Shown in pieces: positions 12,684-27,600 of a stretch of DNA of 64,000 bases. The notes below the pieces were generated by a model, which had not been told where the DNA came from, made no database searches, and saw nothing but the letters and a program-made list of their open reading frames with translations. This DNA is from Cycas panzhihuaensis (taxonomy: Eukaryota; Plantae; Cycadophyta), in NCBI GenBank assembly GCA_023213395.1, contig CM041465.1:92077741-92141740 (forward strand), given 5' to 3'. A program made the translations under genes and the position numbers. Numbering within the stretch: the stretch's first letter is position 1; every line of letters begins with the position of its first letter.

Positions 12684-15600
12684 TCTTTTTCCTACGTTTT
12701 TCTCATGTTTAGATTTGAAAATGATTAGAAATGATAAATCACTATGCTAATATCCTATAGAAGTGAATTAATACAAAAAACATAGATTAGATGACTTTGT
12801 TGCAATGTTATGTAAATTTAGTAAAAGTTGGGCAGTTTCAACTACAAATTTCTTCTTCATAAGACATTTTAAGCTAAATTTGAGGTTGTTATTACATTTA
12901 TAACATCAAAATTTACTTGTTTGAAGCTTACAAAAGTAAAATTGATGGAGAAATTATGATTGGGTATCAATTTTATCTTTGTGAGGTTGAGTGCATGCTA
13001 TGAGATGATATGGCAATGAAAATTTTTAAATTTTTATTTTCTAATATTTTAAAACATTATAAAGTGACATTAAATTGCTTTGGGTATGTTTCAAAATCTA
13101 CTTATCCCTTGGAGGAGGTTGTATGGGTGAATGAGAGTGAAATTAAAAGGGGCTACATGCCTATTTTTTACCTTTTTTTATTTCTTATAAATGTGTGCTT
13201 AACAAAGTGGTTATATCTCTCTTATATGATATCAAATTTTAGTGTTGTTACTTGTGTTATAAGGTTGACTCATAAAGATTTCTAATAAGTGTTCATATAA
13301 TATGCTTTAAGGGTTTTTTAAAGTAGTTTTAATGGTGTAAAGTTTAGACTTAGATTTGATAAGATGCTAAAATAGAGTATGTGGTTTTAAAAAAGGGGTT
13401 TTATCATATGTTTCTGCTCATATAACCATTTTTATAGGTTTATTCCATGGTGTAGTGGATGAAGTTAAGGGTTTTTAGCTTATTTTTTCTCTTAAAGGCA
13501 CAGTCCTAGCTAAGAGAGTTAGAAATAGGTAAAATGGGAGTAGGTGAAGGCTACTCGGTAGGCAAATATAACCCCCCCTCTTTAGTTTTTTGTCATAAGA
13601 GATAGTCTTTACTAATTTGTTTATATCATTTGATCTAGGAGTCCATTTTTCAAATGGTTAGATCCATTGGAAAGCTGAGTCACCAATCTTCATAGTAATG
13701 TTAGTTTCATTTAGTTTGAAGCTATTTTGTAGGTCTTTAAGGCTACTAAAATTAGCCCTTCTATTTGATCTAAGTTTGAGTTTTTTTTACTATTTTTGAG
13801 CTATTTATTAATTATATTTAAGTATATTTATATCTTATTAAGATACTAATCTATTTTTAGTAGATTTTATTTTGCTTCTTAAGGCTTACATATGATTTTT
13901 GGTAAAATATAATAAAGATTTACCTCTTGAAGAAGAAGATAATATTTGGATGTCTTTTACATACAAAGAGGTTCCTAACCTTTACTTCACTTAATTTTAA
14001 AGCTTCTATTTCACTTCAATTCATTTTTAGCTCATTTATTTTTATTCTAAAACTCAAATTAAGCTCATTTAAAGGTTAATTTACTTCATTATTAAAGCTT
14101 ATTTCAAAGATTCATTTAAGGTTTTTTATTAAACTTTAAAAGTTCACAAAGAGTGTATTTTTTTTTTACATTTTTAAACTCTCATTTAAGTCTTCCTTGT
14201 TTATTTTCATCTTATATCATTTTAGAGTTTATTTATATCCATTAGAAGGCTCATTTATTTCATATTCATTTCATTTAAAAAGGGATTATTTCATTTCATT
14301 TTTCAAGTTGCTTTCATTTGATATTAATAAGGAATCTTATTTGCTAAACAAGACCATATATAAAATATATTTTTCACATTAAAAGGATAAACTTCTAAAA
14401 GAACACCCTATTTCCAACTTTGTAAGGTGAATGGTTAGGACCCTTAAAGTTACCACCCCTCACATGCCCTTGGCCTACACATATTGGATGAGGAACATCA
14501 TTGGCTATTAGGTGTATACAGTGGCAAGCTAAGATAGAGTAAATATTTCTTTCTGGAGTTTACAGGCTAGGCTAACCCCATGGAGGTGAATGCCTTATTT
14601 TGAAAAGCCATCACAACTAGATCTGTCGCTAGGCATAAGTCCAATGCAGGTGAATCAACAAGTCAAGGGGGTCTTATACCCTCTTAGTAGTTTGTGTACT
14701 CAAGTATATAGAACCTAGCACTCACGTACTAGTATATTGGGTCCCTAATTTGTCACTTATGGGTAGATGCCACTAGATAGAATAATAACCAAAGGCTTAC
14801 TTAGAGACCCATAAACTTAGAGCCTAGTAGCCTTTTAGGTAATAGGACACATTATTTCAAAACTATATCTTGGGAAACATTTGAATAAAACTTTATTTTG
14901 AAAAATAATGGGTACAAGATTTGATAACATGATTATTCTCAAGTTTGATGGATCAATTTTTTTGAATTGGAGTAGGAGGATAATATCCATCCTCATTGCT
15001 AAAGATATATAGGATATTGTGAAGACAGGGCATATAAAACTTGATTAAAATGATATTGAAGTAGAAAAGTAAGCATTTAAAAAGTGTGTAAAGAAGGATA
15101 ATGAAGCTTTACCCTTGATTTTTTCCACATTAAAAGACCATATCTTTCTAAGGGTTAGTGAGGCATCAAAGTCCAAAGAGGCATGAGACATATTACAACT
15201 TATTTATAAAGGTGTAGCCTCATATAAACTTCAAACATTAAGGAGTAAATTTGAAAACTTAAGGATGCTATCCAATGAGTCCATTAATAAATTCATAACA
15301 AAGGTTCAAGACCTTGTGAATCAAATTAGATATCTTGGTAAGACCCTTACTAAATAAAGGGTTGTTAAAAAGATACTTAGGTGTGTTGGTAAAGTTAAAA
15401 AGTTTGAGATGGTTGCAACAAGTATAGAAGTCTCAAAGGACCTAAGTACATTGAAAATTAAATAATTGAGTGATATGTTAATGGTTGTTAAAGAAAATAA
15501 AATCATAAATAAATCCTTAGAATATGCCTTTATAATAAAGGTGATGATCAAGTCTAATGCCCAAGCTGAAAGTTTAAGATTAAGGAACTAATCCCCAAGG

Positions 15601-18600
15601 GGAAGAGATAGGAATCTTAGACAAGAGATATACCAAGAACATTAACCTAGATACCAAGCTCCCCATGAAAGGAATTAAGGAGCTAATAAAAAATATCCAA
15701 GTCAACAAAAATATTAAAGTTAAGAAAAATAAGTCAATGTTGTCAAAATTGCTAAGGTCATAACAATTTTCAAATGCCTTAAGTTTAATTATGCAAGTAA
15801 TAGACAAAGAGATAATCAAGGCCCATACTTGGAAAGGGGTAGAACACTCTCCATGGATAGAGGACATCCTAGAAGTAGGAGTCTTAGTCAAAGAGGAAGG
15901 GATCTAATCCATTGTGCATTTTGTCACAAAATTAGCCATACTAAAGATAGATGCTTTGCTAATAATGACCCTCCTACAAGGGGTAGTGCTAATGCGGTTA
16001 TTAAAAATAGAGAGAATAATTGTCTATTCTTATCAAGCTTTGTGTCCTATGAAAAGGAAGAAGATTACTAACATATAGACTCTGGTTGTTCCACACATAT
16101 AGCCTATAAAGAATAGATATTTTAAACTATTGATAGGTCTAGGAAGGGTACAATTATGTTTGGTGATGATACATCATATAAATCTAGTAGAAGAGGAAAA
16201 GTTATCATCATAACAGATTTAGATGAACATAGATACCTTGATGACATTCTCCATATTCCAGCTCTTAAGAAAAAGCTCCTTCTGTGGGATAGATGATGGA
16301 ACATGACTATAAGATTATATTTGACAATGGTGAATGTAGTATCAAAGACAAATGGAAGAACAAAGTTATTGTTGCAAAAGGAAAAATGACTAAAAATAGA
16401 CTCTTCAAGTTAGTTATAACTCCTTTAGATAACTATGCATTGAAGACAATAATCAAATTAGATAATTACATGTGGCACAAAATATTTGGCCACCTAAACT
16501 ATGGAAGCTTAGCCCTTATGAAGAGAATGAATATGGTTTAAGGCCTACCATAAATTAAAGTCGACAAGGATATTTATGAGGGATGCCTCCTAGGCAAGAA
16601 ATATAGAGATAGTTTTCCTAATGGAAGCTATAGAGCAAAGGGGCCACCTCAATTTATCTACATAGATCTTCATGGTCTAATGGATGTCCCATCCTTAGCT
16701 AGTGTAAAGTATTTCCTTACCTTCATTAATGATTATATAAGAAAAACATGGGTCTATTTTCTAAAATTTAAGTTAGATGCTTTTCAATGCTTTATAGACT
16801 TCAAAACCTTTGTAGAGAAGCAAAGTGGATATAAGATACTTTCCTTATAATCAAATAATAGGGGAGCATTTATTTATAATGAATTTAATGCCTATTGTAC
16901 CTATCATGACATTAAAAAGCAATATACAAACCCCTATACTCTATAATAAAATAGGGTTGTTGAATGTAAAAATTACATCATAGTTGAGATGGCTAGGTGA
17001 ATGCTTAAAGACAAGAAATTAGGACATGAGTTTTAGGTAGAAGTTATCTACACTATAGTTTATCTCCTAAATATGTATACTACCAAAGCCCTTAGGTGGA
17101 TGACATCAGAAGAAGCATAGACTGGTTACAAACCTAGTATTCATCACTTGAGAGTTTTTGGATGTCTAGCCTATGCCCATGTTCTAGAGTAAAAGAGGAC
17201 TAAACTTGATGACAAGAGCATTAAGCACATATTTATTAGGTATAATGATGTGTCAAAATCATATAACATATATGATCTCAAAGAAAGAAAGGTTATAGTT
17301 AGTAGAGATGTTGTATTTAAAGATGATGATTACTATCAATCATATTGTATCCAAGACAAAGGCTAAGAATGTTATGATTAACTTTGATTCATCTCCTAGG
17401 TCTACATATATGCCATTTAGATAGGATTCAAGATAAAATGTTGGTGTATCAAGGCTAAGTGATGAGGGAACCTCCACACAACCTCAAAGGTTTCCCAAAT
17501 GGGTTCAAAGAAGTCATGACTTGGATAACATATTGGACAATAACTTTGATAGGAGATCTACTCATTCACATCAGGTTAACTTCACCCATATGAGTCAAGT
17601 AATGGAAGTCCATGAGCCTCACACCTTTAAAGATATAGATACTCATGATGAGTGGAGAAACATTATGGAAGATAAATATAATTCTATAGTAAAAAAATGA
17701 TACATGGGAACTCATTGATCTTTCTCCTAACCAAACAACCATTGGAACCAAATGGGTCTATAGGACCAAATTCATATATAATAGGTCTATTGATAAACAT
17801 AAATCTAGACTTATTACTAAAGACTATACATAAAGAGAAGGCCTAGATTATAATGAAATCTTTACTCTTGTTGTTCAAATAGAGATAGTTCATATGATGT
17901 TGAGTTTAATGGCCCAAAAAGATTAGGATGTTTATCAAATGGATATTAAAAGCACATTTCTTAATGGCTACATTGAAGAGGAAATATATGTTCAACAAAT
18001 AAAATATTTTGAAGTCAGGGGGAAGAAAATAAAGTGTATAAACTAAAAAAAGCACTTTATGGTTTGAAACAATAACCTAGAGCATGGTACTCTAGGATAA
18101 ACAAATATTTTAGAGATCAAGGATTCAAGAAAACTCAATCAGATGCAAATCTATATATTAAAATTGAAGGAGATTCCATATTGATTATGGGACTTTATGT
18201 TAATGATCTTGTCTATATAGGAAATGACTCCCACCTCTCTCAAAAATTCAAGGATAACATGTGCAAAGAGTTCAAAATAACAGACTTTGGGTTGATGTAT
18301 TACTTCGTAGGATTAGAAGTTTGGAAAGATGATGATGGTATATTCATTTATCAAAGGAAATATATATTGGACTTATTCCAAAAGTTTAAGATGAGTGATT
18401 TCAAGTCCTTATCCACACTAGGAGAAGTTGAAATTAAACTATCCAAACTTGATGATTCTACACCGATGGATCCTATATTATATAGATAGTTGATTGGAAG
18501 CCTAATATACTGGACATCTATATGACCTAATATTATGCATGTGGTTAGTATTGTGTTAAGATTTATGTAAGATCCTAAATCTATACATTGGAAAGTGGCT

Positions 18601-19447
18601 AAATATATTCTACAGTATCTGAAGGGCATGATAGACTATGGGCTATATTACAAACCTTCACCAAATTTCAGATTGATTTGGTATACATATTTTAATTGGG
18701 CAAGTGACATTGATGATAGAAAGTCTACTTTTGGATATACCTTTAGTTTATGTTCAACAGCTATTGCATGAAGTACCAAAAAGAAGAATATTATCTTCTT
18801 ATCTATAATAGAAGTAGAGTATAAAGCAACAGTATCATATGCATGCAAAATTATTTGGCTACATTTTCTACTACATCATCTCCAATTGAAATAGAATGGT
18901 CCTACTAAAATTTGGTGTGATAATCAAATCACTATTCAAATGACTCATAATCTAGTTTTCCATGGAATAATTAAACATATTAAGATGCAGCATCATTTCA
19001 TTCAAGAATTTAATACAACAAGGAGAAATAGAGTTGGTTTATTGTAGTATAAAAGATTAGATAGCAGACATCTTTATAAAGGCACTTGGGAAAGTTAAGT
19101 TCCGTAAATCCATAGATAAGCTTAGAGTTATACATAATGAACATTATTGAAGAGAATATTAGTGGTAATGTTTATTATTTTATTAAAGATGTATATAAAG
19201 GACTTTGGGAATTTGTAGGGCTACATCTAGTTGACTATAGTTGACATTGGATAAGGTAAGTATTATTTTATTATTTTAATTCAAAAAAATATTAATCGAT
19301 GGCAGGCTCCCACCTAACGTCCAAACCTATAAATATATAGTGAATAATTCATTGGTATTATTTAACACCACCTACAAGTGGAAATTTATTATTATTTTTC
19401 GATAATAACAGATTGATTTCATTATGTTTTATCCCTATTTTACTTCA
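12684..19447 (+). mobile_element. Ty1/copia element D: long leader, decayed gag-pol and 3' LTR; 5' LTR and PBS not found
   Basis: gag from ATG at about 14908 (MGTRFDNMIILKFDGS). Knuckle CAFCHKISHTKDRC at about 15913. Protease IDSGCSTH at about 16075. WHKIFGHLN, HLRVFGC, VYQMDIKSTFLNG, GLYVNDLVY and KHIKMQHHFIQE follow. 3' LTR about 19157-19447. Confidence 0.85.
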
Positions 19448-19740
19448 AACCATGTACGGGAAAGGCATTCTAGAGGATTAGTGGGTATAGTGGCTAGTTC
19501 CCCATATGCTTTAGTAGATGTTTAGATTTTATATGGACTTAAAATCACATTTGAAGTAATTATATGGTATGGACATTAAGGGGGGGATGTTGGGTAATAT
19601 TTAATCTATGAATAGTAAATTGTTGTAGTTACCCCTTTGATATGCACTCGAAGGTTATAGTACATATACTTCTTCATGTACTTGGCCATTGGTTTACCAA
19701 GTAGCTCCTAGATTATGATTAGACAACTAGGTGATGATAT

Positions 19741-21321
<1,581 letters not shown>

Positions 21322-21339
21322 AAAAATATATACAAATAA

Positions 21340-21426
21340 AAGTGAATAATAAATGAAAAAATATATACAAATGCATAACACAAGGTACTTATAGGAAATA
21401 ATCACTTCCAATTATATTATATCAAA

Positions 21427-21481
<55 letters not shown>

Positions 21482-21490
21482 GTATATATA

Positions 21491-21546
<56 letters not shown>

Positions 21547-21633
21547 TTTGATATAATATAATTGGAAGTGATTATTTCCTATAAGTACCTTGTGTTATGC
21601 ATTTGTATATATTTTTTCATTTATTATTCACTT
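21340..21633. repeat. Perfect 91-bp inverted repeat around a (TA)n spacer
   Basis: 21340-21430 is the reverse complement of 21543-21633; spacer 21431-21542 is (TA)n. Confidence 0.93.
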
Positions 21634-22468
21634 ACGCCTCTTTAATTTCATAGTCTTTTTAAATCCTAGACCTATGTATGGGCATTTATTTTTAACAATT
21701 CCACCATAGTAGTCCTACCAATAAGGAAAAACACCCTATAGTAGGGCCCAAATACAATAATTCTACCCACATCAACTTATCTTTCCACTAGTTCACCCCC
21801 AAGCTCAACCTAAGGCATGCCCTTTCATTGACTATCAAACCTACTTGCTTTGTCTCAAAGCACTTAGGATCAATTTTCTACTCCATCATCTAGAAGTACC
21901 CAAATTTGAGGACACTTCATCTTAAGATCCTAGATATTATGTCAAGGCATTCGGCATGGAATGTATTTACTATTAGCCATACAACCATATTTTGATAAAA
22001 TTATTTTTCAAATCTCTTTAGGGAGATACCCTTAAATGGTTCTATCACTTGCTTGCCATTCCATCTTCTATTTTCAGAAATTGGTAGATACCTTTGTGAA
22101 TCATTTTGACATATCACATCCTTTTGAGAGTGGGTTTAAAGGTCTCTTCTCTCTTAAATAAGGCCATGATAAGATCAATCAAGAATTTTTTTACCACATT
22201 CATAATTTATTATATTGATATAAGGCTACTTTGCCAAAAGACTTAAAACAAGATATATTCGTTAATGCTCTTTGTCTTGAGATCCATGTGAAAGTGCCCA
22301 AATTGGGTGCAACTATATACAATTCTATGATTACTAAATGGTCTACTATATAATTGATTGAGATCTATGTGATTGTGAACAAACCCAACCTATGACATGA
22401 GGCACTGCTAGTGTCATGGGACCAAAGGTCTTAGCCATAAGCTCCTAAGCCCCTAATTGGAAACATTA

Positions 22469-22979
<511 letters not shown>

Positions 22980-24629
22980 ATAGTTTAATTAGCAAATAAA
23001 CTTAATTCACTTATTTTTACTTAACACATAATTAAAGAGATATCCTTCCTCTCCAAAGGGGAAGGTTTAAGGTCTACCTTGAGATATATCAGCATTGCTT
23101 CCATTCACTTAGGACTCCATAGGTGATTTACCCTTAAATACATAACCATTTTGGTGACCATATTCAAGAGCTACCAAATCTTCTTGGTTGTATGTTTAAG
23201 ACTTGTATCTTTGACATTTACTTGAGCACCTTTGTAGGATATCCTTACTTACTGGTTTTGCATCTATACCCTTTCCTCTTAGTTTGGATAAGATCCTTCA
23301 TTCTCATTTAGGGTTCTTATCCTTTTCTTTTACTTTTATTACCAATTTCATATTTCTATTCCTATGGAGGTTTCTTCACATCCTACTCAACCTAGGAGAT
23401 CAAGGAGGCAATAAGGCCTCCCTCTTAAAGACTCTAATCATGAACATTATAAAGAATATAAAGCTTATGAAGGGTACACATCTTAAGAAGTCTATCTAGG
23501 TTATGAGGGGTATGAGACACATGTACATCCTCCAGAAAGTTCTACTAATCTTTTCAAAGTCTTTATAGAGTAAGATCATTTCGGATGCCCTAGGCAACAT
23601 TGGGAGATCCTTCATTAGTAGCCCCTACTTCCATTCATAACAAGGCTTATGTAGACCATGGTTCCCATCCTTTTTCGTAATCCTTACTCACTAGGGTCTA
23701 CTCTCATATTCCTATTCTAGAGTATTATAACCCCTTTCACTAAGATACTCCTAATATATTATTACCTACTCATCTACTCCTTGATTAGTATAAGGAGAAT
23801 TGTGAGCCTCCTCTTCAAGAGTATCAGCTCTTATTTATTAACCATCCTCATTCATCCAATAATCCTCCCCCATCTCATTCTTCTTACCCTCCTACCCTAA
23901 ACGCATCTCTTATACCTCCCAACAAGGTAAGAGATATTAGATCAGTTTATTTATAAACCTAAGGATAAATTGATACCATATTAGTTTTCTTATTTTGGAC
24001 CTAACATAGGGATACTTCTTAGGTGTCATCGTAGGTTCCCTCATATCATCCCATATGTTCCAATGATAGGTGCCATCCCTTCCCATGACACTTCCTATCT
24101 TGGTCAAGGAAACACTTTACCTCCATCACATCAAACTATAATATAGATTATGAGACCTCCACCCTCTCAGTCTTATAAAGGACTTATATCATTGGCTCTC
24201 CCATCCCTCATATATTACAACTACATTATAGTCAAGGGCTCATTTAATGGTCCTCATACTTATGTCTTTTTTGTCGACTATCATGTCCCTTAGTAGTAGA
24301 TACCTCAATCAATTATAGGGCCCATACCGTCTTATGGTCTTGGACCTTCTTAGACTTAATAGTCATACCCTTGATACATGATTTTCCCTATTTAGTATGC
24401 CCCTTCATCTCATCTGCTCTACATTCCCCATAGGGGAATAAACACCAATCCTGTTATATGGTTCACTCCTTCCCATCCTCCATATTATGAGCACCCATCT
24501 TATGGTTCCTTTATTACTTACCAATAGTCTCCTTCTCAACCCCCCTCTATGTTGAGACCTAAGAGGCCATTTATGGATTATATGAGGATCCCATTTCTAT
24601 AAGAATTCCTCCTTTTATTAATGCCTCCT

Positions 24630-27600
24630 CTTGTCCTTAAGTTACCAAATTTCATAGGAGAATTGATATAATATCCTGCTAGGCATATGCAAGCCTTTAT
24701 ACTTGCATGTGCCAATTTCCTACCATGTGATTATGTCATGATGAGGTTGTTCCCAAAATCACTTCAAGGTCATGCCTTAAAGTGGTTTTATCACCTCTAG
24801 CCTACTTCTATTTTTATATTCCAATAGTTAGTTGATATTTTTATTAGCTATTTTGATATTATTAGGCCATTTGAAATGAGCATCAAGTCCCTTCTTTCTA
24901 TGAAATAAACTAATGATGAATTGTCATGTGACTTCGTAAGATGATTCAAAGACCTAGTTCATGCTTGTCATTCTCACCTTGACTCAAGCCTCCTATTTGA
25001 TGTCTTTACCAATGCTTTGAGACCCTATGTCCACTTAGAGGTTCTCAAACTTATCCCCCAAACCTATGAGGAAGTTCTTCATAAATGTCTAGCTCTTAAA
25101 GCCTTCAAGATTTACATAGGAATTAAGAAGATTAGCAAGCCTATTCTTGGAAAGGACTTCTCATAAGGGTCTAAGCCTTCTCGAGGTGATCATACATATG
25201 ATCATATTGTGTCTTTCTTTAGAGTTATTGAGAATACCATTAACACTAAGTTGCATGTTGAAAACTCTTGTACTCTTGATCCAAAATGAGAAATAAAAGT
25301 TATCCATTACATTAAGAGGAAGAGATGATAGGAACCTTCTGCCCCCCTATAAAAAATGATTGCTTGGTGTTCTTAGCACTAAACTAATACCCATGATTGT
25401 GATGAGTGTTGTGTGGTTCAAGTAATAGGTTAAAAATTTCACAGTAATAATAATCCTACTTTTAAGCCTAATCAAGATCAATTAATTTAGAGGGACCCAT
25501 TGTTTGACCATGATTGGAAGCATACTAAGGGTAAAAGCAAAGGAGAGGCTAAATAAGATGATACTAGTGATAATGAAAGCTCAAATTTATAACCTAATAA
25601 GAAATGTACTACTTCACCCAAGAGTGGTGGAAAAAGGGATAATAATCAAAATCAACGACCCCCAAGGGTGACAAAACTAAAAGAATAATTAACATGGTAG
25701 AGGTAATAAGGAATCCAATTTCATCTAAATCTCTTAAAGATTCACAGACTAAAACTCTAGAATCCTTGCCTCTTGTGCCTCATAGACCTATTCATTTTAG
25801 ATCCATCCCTCGCACCATGAAAGATGGATCCTTCTCTTTAGTTGATGAGTTAAAGATCATCCCTGTTGGGATCTCAGTAATGGACTTGCTGAGGAGTTGC
25901 CTAGAGTAATGTTAACTCTTACTTAACACCTTAGGGGTATCTACTCATAGTTTTCCAACAAGTCTTGCCCTCTCCTTTGATTCTTCTATCTCACCTAATA
26001 AGAAGAATAAAAATCCTAATAATATTCCCGCTTTCTATATCAAAATCTATAAGGATGAGATTAACATTTGGGGTGTTATTATTGATGAAAGGTCATTAGT
26101 GAATGTAACTCCCTACCATATTATAAAGGATTTAGAGATTTCCACTTATGAACCTTATGAGTAGATTTGTTAGGGATATGATAAAAATAAAAACTTATCA
26201 TTAAGGCATGTTACTCTCCACCTCACCTTTGAAGGAAAAATGGTTATAGTTAACCTCACCACTATAAACCTTGACCTAGAATATAATATCCTATTAAGGA
26301 GGCCTTGGATCAACCAAATATACGATGTTTGTTCTTTCCTATTTGGTATGCTCAAGTTCATTTATAAGGGAGAGCTCAAGATCATTAAATAGAAAAATAA
26401 ACTTATCAAGTAATCTATTACACTAATAGAAACCATCATAAAAAAGGAGAGCCTTCTAATTATTTTGAGTACTTCTTCTAATCTTTGGGTTTTAGGCAAT
26501 ATTTTTCCACAACATCCCTTCCAACACCCACATAGGAAGTTAAGAGTGTCTATATGATCAACACCATTCCCTCATAGGAAAGCTCTTATTCAAGCCAATT
26601 TTATGTGGAAATATTTAATAGCACCTTAAAACCTTTTCCTATGCACACTTTTACCTCTTTAATAATGACTTTGCCCCTTTACCCTAGGGGATACTCAATG
26701 ACAAATTCCATTCAAGTGGTATAAGACTTGAACTATCAGGCCTCCTCTTCTTTACATCATACCATCAATGATGATTTCCTACTTTAGGATAGTCCCTTGT
26801 CATCCTAGAAGGCCACCTTATTAGGACCATCCTCTCACAAGCCACATTTTAAGCATCTCCTCTACTTACACCATGTAAAGGACATCTGAGTCACTATTAT
26901 GTTTGCTCCTCATCCTTCCTAATAAGTAGACTTCTCATAGTCCACTACTCTCTTTTCTAATGAATCCCCCTCTAGATAACTTGGTTCAATTAACATAGTA
27001 AAAACTCCTTATACATTAACATCCATACCTCTTATCTTTAGAAGATGAGATATCCCCTTCATATAATGCCCCCAAATTAAATCTAACATAAGAAGAGAAA
27101 TTAACATGGTCACTACTATCTCTACCTCAACCAAGGTAGTTGTTCAAGACAATACCATGCCTTATCTCATCCACATATGTCCTTCTCCAAACCTCTCTCT
27201 AACTGAGGATTCTAACTTTTGTCAAATTATTCAATCAGATTAGAGATTCTCAATTAAGATAGTCTTGTCTCCCATGTCCTAATGATTATAGATGTACTTT
27301 TGGTCTAGGATCATATTACACTTTCATAAATAATTATACCAAATTTTCCTCATCATACTCCCTCTCAACTTGAAGGTTCTATCTTTAGAGATGTTCTCCA
27401 TCTTGATCATTTTGAGAATGATGAAATAATATTGGAACACTTAGCGGGAATAATATATAACCTTCTACCCAACTATCACAAGCTTGATTTTACTAAATAC
27501 TTATACTTTGATTCACCTTTGGCTAGTAGACTCTTTATCTTTTGCAAGTCTTACCGTTTCCTATTTCAAGGAAGCGAATAACATGCTTATTAATAATACA

